A stretch of DNA of 32,000 nucleotides. Source: Delftia acidovorans NBRC 14950. Its GTDB lineage: Bacteria > Pseudomonadota > Gammaproteobacteria > Burkholderiales > Burkholderiaceae_C. A program made the position numbers and the translations under genes. The stretch is from assembly GCF_001598795.1 (NCBI RefSeq), contig NZ_BCZP01000030.1:1-32000 (forward strand). Direction: 5' to 3'. This document shows, piece by piece, positions 9,013-15,179 of this stretch. Every line of letters begins with the position of its first letter. Position 1 is the stretch's first letter. Below the pieces are notes generated by a model that was given only the letters and a program-made list of their open reading frames with translations, ran no database searches and was not told the DNA's origin.

Positions 9013-9047
9013 GGGGCCACATGCCGCTGCGCATGTGGCCCTTGTTG
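9013..9047 (+). terminator. Intrinsic terminator after the MFS gene
   Basis: GGGCCACATG-(8 nt)-CATGTGGCCC is a perfect 10-bp stem followed by TTGTTG. Confidence 0.6.
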
Positions 9048-9070
9048 CGTGCGATCAATCTTCCTATAAT
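9042..9070 (+). promoter_or_regulatory. Sigma70-like promoter TTGTTG-N17-TATAAT
   Basis: There is a perfect -10 TATAAT at 9065-9070 and a TTG-containing -35 at 9042-9047 with 17-nt spacing. It lies 85 nt before the cupin ATG. Confidence 0.5.
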
Positions 9071-9108
9071 TGTTTTACCCCATGAACTGTGATTCATGGA
9101 TAAAACAA
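9070..9108. promoter_or_regulatory. 39-nt near-perfect palindrome (candidate operator) abutting the -10 box
   Basis: TTGTTTTA-CC-CCATGAA-CTGTGA-TTCATGG-A-TAAAACAA. The outer 8-bp arms are 9070-9077 and 9101-9108. The inner 7-bp arms are 9080-9086 and 9093-9099. Confidence 0.45.
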
Positions 9109-9154
9109 ATGGCGCCTTCCCCGCCATGATCCACCGACGTTGATGGAGAGACAC

Positions 9155-9685
9155 ATGTCCGAATCCGCTCAGAACACGCCCCGCACCTGGGATCAGCCCG
9201 AAGGCTCCAGCTTCGAACAATGGATGGAGTCGCGCGTGGCGCGGTTTTCCACGCGCAAGTACGACTTCGACGCGCTGAAGTTCCAGGCCGACTTCGACCC
9301 CAAGTACCGCCGTGGCCAGATGCGCTACATCGGCACGGGCGGCACGGGCGTGGCTGCGGACAGCAACACCATCCCGTCCGAGAACTTCACCTTCTCCACC
9401 ATGGTCATCCCGGCCGGCAATGAAGGCCCCTCGCACCTGCACACCGATGTGGAGGAAGTCTTCTTCCTGATCCGCGGCAAGCTCAAGCTCGTGCTGGAGA
9501 AGGACGGCCAGCGCTTCGAGACCATCCTCACCGACCGCGACGTGGTCTCCGTGCCGCCCGGCGTGTACCGCGAGGAAATCAACATCGGCGACGAAGACGC
9601 GCTGATGTGCGTGATGCTGGGCGCCAAGAAGCCCATCACGCCCACATACCCGCCCGAGCACCCTCTGGCAAAAATCAAACGTTGA
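9155..9685 (+). CDS. Cupin-domain protein
   Basis: The ATG at 9155 follows GGAGAG and gives 176 aa. Cupin motif 1 is GPSHLHTDVEEVFFLIRG. Motif 2 is PPGVYREEIN, where the usual His position is Arg. Confidence 0.7.
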   Translation: MSESAQNTPRTWDQPEGSSFEQWMESRVARFSTRKYDFDALKFQADFDPKYRRGQMRYIGTGGTGVAADSNTIPSENFTFSTMVIPAGNEGPSHLHTDVEEVFFLIRGKLKLVLEKDGQRFETILTDRDVVSVPPGVYREEINIGDEDALMCVMLGAKKPITPTYPPEHPLAKIKR

Positions 9686-9699
9686 GTAGCGGGCCTGCC

Positions 9700-10554
9700 A
9701 TGACCGCGCAGACGCTGCAGCGCATGGAACAGCGCCTTCAGGCGCAGTTCCCCGAACACCTCATCGCCCTGCCCGGTGGCGCTCAGGTCGCCTGGCGCGA
9801 GGCCGGCGACACGGCCTCGGACTTTGCCGTGGTGATGCTGCACGGCATCAGCTCGGGCGCCGCGTCCTGGATGGACGTGGCCCTGGCGCTGGCACCGCGC
9901 ACGCGCGTGCTGGCCTGGGACGCGCCCGGCTATGGCCGCTCCACGCCGCTGGCACCCGACGCGCCCACGGGCGCCGACTACGCCCGCGTGCTGGAGCAGT
10001 CGCTGCAGGCGCTGGGCGTACGCCGCTGCCTGCTGGTGGGTCACTCGCTGGGTGCGCTCATGGGCACGCCCTGGGCGGTGCAGGCTGGTGCCGGGCGCGT
10101 GCGGCAACTGGTGCTGATCAGCCCCGCTGGCGGCTATGGCGCACCCGGCATGGGCGAGCAGCAGGCCAAGGTACGCCAGGGCCGTCTTGCGGCCCTGCAG
10201 GAAAAAGGCATCGAAGGCCTGGCCGCCGCCATCGACCAGCGCCTGGTCTCGCCCGCCGCGCCCGAGCCCGTGCGCCAATGGGTGCGCTGGAACACGGCGC
10301 GCCTGCATGCTGCCGGCTACGCCCAGGCCGTGGAGCTGCTGTGCGGCAGCGACCTGGGGCAGGCGGCGGGGCAACTGGCCATGCCGGTCGAGGTCTGGGT
10401 GGGCGAGCACGACGTGGTCACGCCGCCCGCCGCCTGCGCGGCCTGGGCCGCAAGGCTGGGCGCGCGGTACGTTACGCTTGCGGCAGCCGGCCATGCCTCT
10501 GTCGTCGAACAACCTGCGGATGTCGCACAGAGGCTGGCCCCCCTGCTGACCTGA
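9700..10554 (+). CDS. Alpha/beta-fold hydrolase
   Basis: The ATG at 9700 gives 284 aa. VVMLHGISSGAASW is an oxyanion-type HG motif and LLVGHSLGALMG is a GxSxG nucleophile elbow. Confidence 0.8.
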   Translation: MTAQTLQRMEQRLQAQFPEHLIALPGGAQVAWREAGDTASDFAVVMLHGISSGAASWMDVALALAPRTRVLAWDAPGYGRSTPLAPDAPTGADYARVLEQSLQALGVRRCLLVGHSLGALMGTPWAVQAGAGRVRQLVLISPAGGYGAPGMGEQQAKVRQGRLAALQEKGIEGLAAAIDQRLVSPAAPEPVRQWVRWNTARLHAAGYAQAVELLCGSDLGQAAGQLAMPVEVWVGEHDVVTPPAACAAWAARLGARYVTLAAAGHASVVEQPADVAQRLAPLLT

Positions 10555-10576
10555 TGGCCTACCGGCCCGAATTGCG

Positions 10577-11383
10577 ATGAGCGACACCTCCGAAACCCTC
10601 TCGAACGACAACGACCGCTACACCGTCCCCGCGCTGGAGCGCGGCCTGCGCCTGCTGGCCTGCTTCACGCCTTCGCAGCCCGTGTGGAGCGCGCCCGACC
10701 TGGCGCGCACCCTGGCGCTGCCGCGTTCCACGGTGTTCCGGATGCTGACGACGCTGGAGAACATGGGGTATCTGCAACGCTCGGGCACCGAGTACCGGCT
10801 GGGCCTGTCCGTGCTGCGCCTGGGCTACGACTACCTGTCCACCCAGCCGCTGGCTCAGCTGGCCGAGCCCGTGCTGCAGGCGCTGTGCGAGCGCCTGGGC
10901 TTCACCACCAACCTGGCGCTGCTGGACGGCACCTCCGTGGTCTACGTGGCGCGCATTGCGCCGGCCGGCGCCTTCCAGGGCGCCGTGCGCGTGGGCTCGC
11001 GCCTGCCGGCCCATGCCACCGTGCTGGGCCGCGCCCTGCTGCAGGACATGGACGCAGACCAACTGCGCGAACTCTTCGGCGGCAGCGAACTGCCGCAATT
11101 CTCGGAAAGCACGCCGCGTGACGTGCAGCAACTGCAGCAGCTGCTGCTGCAGGACCGCGAGCGCGGCTACGCCATGGGCGAGGGCTTCTACGAGCCCGGC
11201 GTCTCCAGCATTGCCGCACCCGTGCGCGATGCGCAGGGCCGCATCATCGCGGGCCTGGGCATGGCCGTGGCCTTTACCGAAATCGCACCCGGGCGTATGG
11301 CGCACTGGGTGGAACAGGTGCGCGAGGCCGCCGTCGAACTGACGGGCCACCTGCGCACCCAGCATCCTGGTTTTCTGCGCTGA
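10577..11383 (+). CDS. IclR-family transcriptional regulator (paralog 1)
   Basis: 268 aa. VPALERGLRLLACF...APDLARTLALPRSTVFRMLTTLENMGYLQR is the HTH, and an IclR effector domain follows (RLPAHATVLGRALL...GVSSIAAPVRD). Confidence 0.85.
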   Translation: MSDTSETLSNDNDRYTVPALERGLRLLACFTPSQPVWSAPDLARTLALPRSTVFRMLTTLENMGYLQRSGTEYRLGLSVLRLGYDYLSTQPLAQLAEPVLQALCERLGFTTNLALLDGTSVVYVARIAPAGAFQGAVRVGSRLPAHATVLGRALLQDMDADQLRELFGGSELPQFSESTPRDVQQLQQLLLQDRERGYAMGEGFYEPGVSSIAAPVRDAQGRIIAGLGMAVAFTEIAPGRMAHWVEQVREAAVELTGHLRTQHPGFLR

Positions 11384-11431
11384 GGAGACGGTGCCCCCAC
11401 CGGCCTTCAGCGCGTTCTTGCTCAGAAAGAA

Positions 11432-12235
11432 ATGACGATGAATATTGCTGTGATTGGCTGCGGTGCGATTGGCGCCAGCGTGCTCGAACTGCTCAAGGGC
11501 CATGCCGCGGTGCAGGTGGGCTGGGTGCTTGTGCCCGAAGTGACGGACGCCGTGCGCGCCACCCTGGCCCGGCATGCGCCCCAGGCCCACGCGCTGCCTG
11601 CGCTGGCGGCCGAAGACCGGCCAGACCTCATCGTCGAATGCGCAGGCCATACCGCCATCGAAGAGCATGTGCTGCCCGCCCTGCAGCGCGGCATTCCTGC
11701 CGTCGTGGCCTCCATCGGCGCACTCAGCGCCCCCGGCATGGCCGAGGCCGTGCAGGCCGCGGCCGAGGCCGGAGGCACCCAGGTGCAATTGCTGTCGGGC
11801 GCCATCGGCGGCGTGGATGCGCTGGCCGCAGCCCGCATCGGCGGCCTGGACGAAGTGGTCTACACCGGCCGCAAGCCGCCCCTGGCCTGGACCGGCACGC
11901 CCGCAGAACAGCGCTGCGACCTCGCCAGCCTCAAGGAAGCCTTCTGCATCTTCGAAGGCAGCGCACGCGAGGCCGCCCAGCTCTACCCCAAGAACGCCAA
12001 CGTGGCCGCCACCCTGTCGCTGGCCGGCATGGGCCTGGACCGCACCACGGTGCGCCTGTACGCCGACCCGGCCGTGGACGAGAACGTGCACCATGTGGCC
12101 GCGCGCGGCGCCTTCGGTTCCATGGAATTGACCATGCGCGGCAAGCCGCTGGAGGCCAACCCCAAGACCTCGGCCCTCACCGTCTACAGCGTGGTGCGCG
12201 CCGTGCTCAACCAGGCCACGGCCATCGCCATCTGA
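11432..12235 (+). CDS. nadX: L-aspartate dehydrogenase
   Basis: 267 aa. MTMNIAVIGCGAIGASV... is the Rossmann fold. ...LLSGAIGGVDALAAA...VYTGRKPPLAW...YPKNANVAATLSLAG...VHHVAARGAFGSMELTMRGKPLEANPKTSALT is the characteristic NadX C-terminal block. Confidence 0.85.
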   Translation: MTMNIAVIGCGAIGASVLELLKGHAAVQVGWVLVPEVTDAVRATLARHAPQAHALPALAAEDRPDLIVECAGHTAIEEHVLPALQRGIPAVVASIGALSAPGMAEAVQAAAEAGGTQVQLLSGAIGGVDALAAARIGGLDEVVYTGRKPPLAWTGTPAEQRCDLASLKEAFCIFEGSAREAAQLYPKNANVAATLSLAGMGLDRTTVRLYADPAVDENVHHVAARGAFGSMELTMRGKPLEANPKTSALTVYSVVRAVLNQATAIAI

Positions 12236-12282
12236 GCCGCACCGGGCACAGGCTCGCGGCACAATGGGCACTTTCGCCCCGC

Positions 12283-12311
12283 AGGCGGCCCCCGGGCCGC
12301 CTTTGCTTTTT
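12283..12311 (+). terminator. Intrinsic terminator after nadX
   Basis: AGGCGGCC-CCCG-GGCCGCCT is an 8-bp GC stem followed by TTTGCTTTTT. Confidence 0.7.
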
Positions 12312-12346
12312 GCCTGTGCCGTTGAAACGTTGAAAGAGAAGCCACC

Positions 12347-13102
12347 ATGACCATCGCCATCCTCAGTGCCCTGCCGCAGGAACAGGAAGGCCTGGTCCAT
12401 GCCCTGTCCGACGCCCAGGGCACGGCCCACGCCGGCCGCATGTTCTGGCGCGGGCGCCTGCATGGGCACGACGTGGTCTGCGCGCTGTCGGGCATAGGCA
12501 AGGTGGCAGCGGCCACCACGGCCACGGCGCTGATCGAGCGCTTCGGCGTACGCCGCATCGCCTTCACCGGCGTCGCCGGTGGCCTGGGCGAAGGCGTGCG
12601 CGTGGGCGATGTCGTCGTGGCCGACGAATACCTGCAGCACGACCTGGACGCCTCGCCCATCTTCCCGCGCTGGGAAATGCCCGGCTACGGCCGCACGCGC
12701 CTGCCCTGCGACCCCGAAATGACGGCCGCGCTGCTGGCCGCTGCCCAGGCCTGCGTGGCCGAGGCGGGCGAAGACCTGCGCGCCGCCCACGCCACCACGG
12801 CGCCGCGCGCGCACCAGGGGCTGATTGCCAGCGGTGACCAGTTCGTGGGCACGGCGGGCGCTTCTTCCGCGCTGGCGCACGGCCTGCGTGCTGCAGGGCA
12901 TGAGGTGCTGGCGGTGGAGATGGAAGGGGCTGCGGTGGCGCAGGCTTGCCTGGACTATGGCGTGCCGTTTGCGGCCATGCGGACGGTTTCTGATCGGGCG
13001 GATGACAGTGCGCATGTGGACTTTGCAGAGTTTGTGAGGGTGGTGGCGAGTCGGTATGCGTTGCGGGTTGTTGATGGGTTTTTGCGGCGGCTTGCTGTTT
13101 GA
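12347..13102 (+). CDS. mtnN: 5'-methylthioadenosine/S-adenosylhomocysteine nucleosidase family (PNP_UDP_1)
   Basis: 251 aa. Blocks are SGIGKVAAATTATALIERF, FTGVAGGL, VEMEGAAVAQAC and MRTVSDRAD, which match MtnN/Pfs. The exact substrate is not determinable from sequence. Confidence 0.7.
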   Translation: MTIAILSALPQEQEGLVHALSDAQGTAHAGRMFWRGRLHGHDVVCALSGIGKVAAATTATALIERFGVRRIAFTGVAGGLGEGVRVGDVVVADEYLQHDLDASPIFPRWEMPGYGRTRLPCDPEMTAALLAAAQACVAEAGEDLRAAHATTAPRAHQGLIASGDQFVGTAGASSALAHGLRAAGHEVLAVEMEGAAVAQACLDYGVPFAAMRTVSDRADDSAHVDFAEFVRVVASRYALRVVDGFLRRLAV

Positions 13103-13154
13103 TTTTTGACGCTGGTGGGGGCGTTTTTTGACCCTGCCGGGGGGTGTTTTTCGA

Positions 13155-13448
13155 GGCCGGGTTTCGGCCCGGCGGCCGACCTACTTTCTTGTCTTGCTAC
13201 AAGAAAGTAGGCAAAGAAAAGCACCCCGAATGTCCGCGACCCCTTCGCTGCGCTACGGGGCAACCTGCGTCGGGCCACCTGCGGGGTTCGCCGTGAAACT
13301 CACTTCGCGCTGCGCGCTACGTTCAGACAATCACGGCGAGTCAGATGACGAAGCAAGCCTGTCCTTCGGCAGGCTTGCAACCCCGCAGGCGGCCCGACGC
13401 AGGCGCTGACATACGGGGAGTTTGCTCGGGCCTTCGCTGCGCTCGGCC
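13155..13448 (+). repeat. REP/MITE-like composite palindromic repeat, long copy
   Basis: The terminal 26-mer GGCCGGGTTTCGGCCCGGCGGCCGAC (13155-13180) and a ~118-nt distal module (13331-13448) recur inverted at 14044-14186. This copy also carries a ~150-nt extra block with its own hairpins. The ORFs tracked here (13128..13409+, 12955..13278-) look spurious. Confidence 0.7.
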
Positions 13449-13494
13449 GGATGTGGCCGCACTCGTGGCTATGGGCTTTGAGTGTGGTCGCAAC

Positions 13495-13743
13495 CTACGC
13501 TCTGGCTTCGCCTTGCACATAGTCGGCCAGTGACTCAGCGCCGTCGCGGATGGCGCGCAGTGCGTGAGCCATGGCTTGCGGACGTCGCAAGTCTTCTGGT
13601 GCATTGAGGCTGGCCAATGCAAGTTGGGCCAGGGCCCATATTTCGTTGCAGCCTTCCTGTACCCATCCATTGGTGTCGGTGATGGTGCGAGCCAGTTGCT
13701 CGAAGCTGGCGCGCGTGGGAAGAGCGGTGCGCTGATCGTTCAT
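13495..13743 (-). CDS. Small hypothetical protein (82 aa), family not recognised
   Basis: The ATG at 13743 follows AGGAG with a 7-nt spacer. The product is MNDQRTALPTRASFEQLARTITDTNGWVQEGCNEIWALAQLALASLNAPEDLRRPQAMAHALRAIRDGAESLADYVQGEARA and is predicted helical. It has many A/T-ending codons, unlike its neighbours. Coding status is unproven. Confidence 0.45.
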   Translation of the reverse strand: MNDQRTALPTRASFEQLARTITDTNGWVQEGCNEIWALAQLALASLNAPEDLRRPQAMAHALRAIRDGAESLADYVQGEARA

Positions 13744-14043
13744 GTTTTCGTACTCCTGTGCGAGACGGAAACACCCGACCTGCGTTTTCAAGCGCAGAAA
13801 GGGTGGATGGGATGTTGAAAACACGCACACAGACGTGCGGGCAGCCTTGCGGGTAGCCCCATCCCATCCAAAACCGTGTGGACGTGCGGGTGCGATGCCC
13901 ACTGTCCAAGTGTTCAGACGTGACGAGGCCTCTCTTTCGGGGAGGCTCTGCCGCTGTGTGTTGATGGTGTTTTCAAGCACCAGCCCCGGAACAGGGGGCC
14001 ACCGAAATCATAGAGGCATTCCACAACCCCGCCTCAAACCCCA

Positions 14044-14186
14044 GGCCGAGCGAAGCGACCGCCCGCACCCACTCCCCGTATGAACGCGCCTGCGGCGTGG
14101 TGGTTGCGGGGTTGCAGTCCTGCCGAAGGACAGGACTGCTTCGTCATCTGGCTCGCTGCGGTCGGCCGCCGGGCCGAAACCCGGCC
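14044..14186 (-). repeat. REP/MITE-like repeat, short copy (inverted relative to 13155-13448)
   Basis: The reverse complement aligns by eye with copy 1. The 26-mer at 14161-14186 is identical to 13155-13180. The remaining ~118 nt are roughly four-fifths identical and include the conserved hairpin at 14114-14139. Confidence 0.7.
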
Positions 14187-14344
14187 CCCGCCCACAGGGC
14201 GGGCATGTCCTCACAAGCCATAAAAAGCCCCATCCAAAACACACCCAGACACACCTCTGTCATCCATTTCCCACACCCCTCCGTGTTTTCCCCAATCCCC
14301 CCCCGCCCCATCAGTCCTAAACTCACGCTTGTTTCAAGAAAAAA

Positions 14345-14371
14345 GTGTCATTTCAAATTTGAAACAGACAC
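14345..14371. promoter_or_regulatory. 27-nt palindrome (core TTTCAAATTTGAAA), candidate operator of the SDR-IclR operon
   Basis: GTGTCA-TTTCAAATTTGAAA-CAGACAC. The 14-bp core (14351-14364) is a perfect palindrome and the flanks GTGTC/GACAC are inverted with a 1-nt offset. It ends 26 nt before the ATG at 14397. Confidence 0.4.
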
Positions 14372-14396
14372 AAACCCCCTTCGATTGAGGTACGCC

Positions 14397-15167
14397 ATGA
14401 ACACCACGCCCTCCACAGGCCAGCTTGCCGGCCGCCGCATCCTCGTCACAGGCTCGGCGCGCGGCCTGGGCTTTGCGTTCGCCAAGGCCTTTTGCGAGCA
14501 GGGCGCGCGTGTCGCCATGGCCGATCTGCGCGAGGAGCTGCTGGCCGAGTCCGTGGCCCGGCTGCGTGCGCAGGGCTTCGAGGCCCATGGCTTCGGGCTG
14601 GATGCCGGCAATCCGGAGTCGATAGAGCGCTGCGCGCAGCAGGCCGTGCAGGCGCTGGGCGGGCTGGACGGCCTGGTGAACAACGCGGCCGTGACCGATT
14701 CGGGCGGCAAGGGCATGGACGACATCGATCTGGACAAGTGGGACCAGGTGATGAACGTGAACGTGCGCGGCGTTTGGCTGATGACGCGGGCCTGCCGCGC
14801 CGCGCTGCGCGACAGCGGCCGGGGCGCCATCGTCAACCTGGCGTCCGACACCGCGATGTGGGGCGCCCCCAACCTGATGGCCTATGTGGCCAGCAAGGGC
14901 GCGGTGATGGCCATGACGCGTTCCATGGCGCGCGAGCTGGGCGCCGACGGCATCACCATCAACGCCGTGGCGCCGGGCCTGGTGCTGGTGGAGGCCACGG
15001 AGTACGTGCCCGAGCACCGCCACCGCCTGTACATCGACCAGCGTGCGCTGCAGCGCGAGCAGCGGCCCGAGGATGTGTCGGGCGCCGTGGCCTATGCGCT
15101 GTCCGATGGCGCGCGCTTCGTGACGGGGCAGGTGCTGCCCGTCAACGGCGGCTTCGTCATGAATTGA
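14397..15167 (+). CDS. SDR-family oxidoreductase (classical)
   Basis: The ATG at 14397 gives 256 aa. Motifs are VTGSARGLG (TGxxxGxG), NNAA and the Ser...YVASK catalytic motif. Confidence 0.85.
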   Translation: MNTTPSTGQLAGRRILVTGSARGLGFAFAKAFCEQGARVAMADLREELLAESVARLRAQGFEAHGFGLDAGNPESIERCAQQAVQALGGLDGLVNNAAVTDSGGKGMDDIDLDKWDQVMNVNVRGVWLMTRACRAALRDSGRGAIVNLASDTAMWGAPNLMAYVASKGAVMAMTRSMARELGADGITINAVAPGLVLVEATEYVPEHRHRLYIDQRALQREQRPEDVSGAVAYALSDGARFVTGQVLPVNGGFVMN

Positions 15168-15179
15168 AGGGGTTTCGCC

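Noticed and set aside
13103-13154. Three T-runs (TTTTTGAC, TTTTTTGAC, TTTTTCGA) after the mtnN-like stop as terminators
   Set aside because: The preceding potential stems are only 3-4 bp, so I could not define a convincing hairpin. Left unannotated.
13128-13409. ORFs 13128..13409(+), 12955..13278(-), 13345..13533(+), 14008..14244(-) and 14144..14326(-) in the repeat-rich gap
   Set aside because: They are composed of the palindromic repeat modules themselves (the same peptide-like strings would appear wherever the repeat occurs). They have no RBS and no coding periodicity.
13784-13977. TTGAAA-containing motifs read as -35 promoter hexamers
   Set aside because: I checked 17-nt downstream positions on the relevant strands (for example 13838-13843 and 13763-13768) and found no -10-like hexamer. 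They are reported only as repeated motifs.
13495-13980. The full 161-aa tracked ORF as the real gene
   Set aside because: The first 79 codons cover the motif-dense non-coding stretch and have no RBS. The internal ATG at 13743 has AGGAG at ideal spacing, so only the 82-aa version is plausible.
13742-14083. A 113-aa plus-strand ORF divergent from the small gene
   Set aside because: It is Arg/Cys/Pro-rich, has no RBS, and runs through the inverted-repeat helices and into the REP-like copy. It is most likely non-coding.
13155-14186. Could the repeated units be a CRISPR array or an IS element?
   Set aside because: There are only two copies, in inverted (not direct) orientation, of unequal length, with no regular spacer periodicity and no cas genes. 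No transposase ORF or target-site duplication is visible. I call it REP/MITE-like only.
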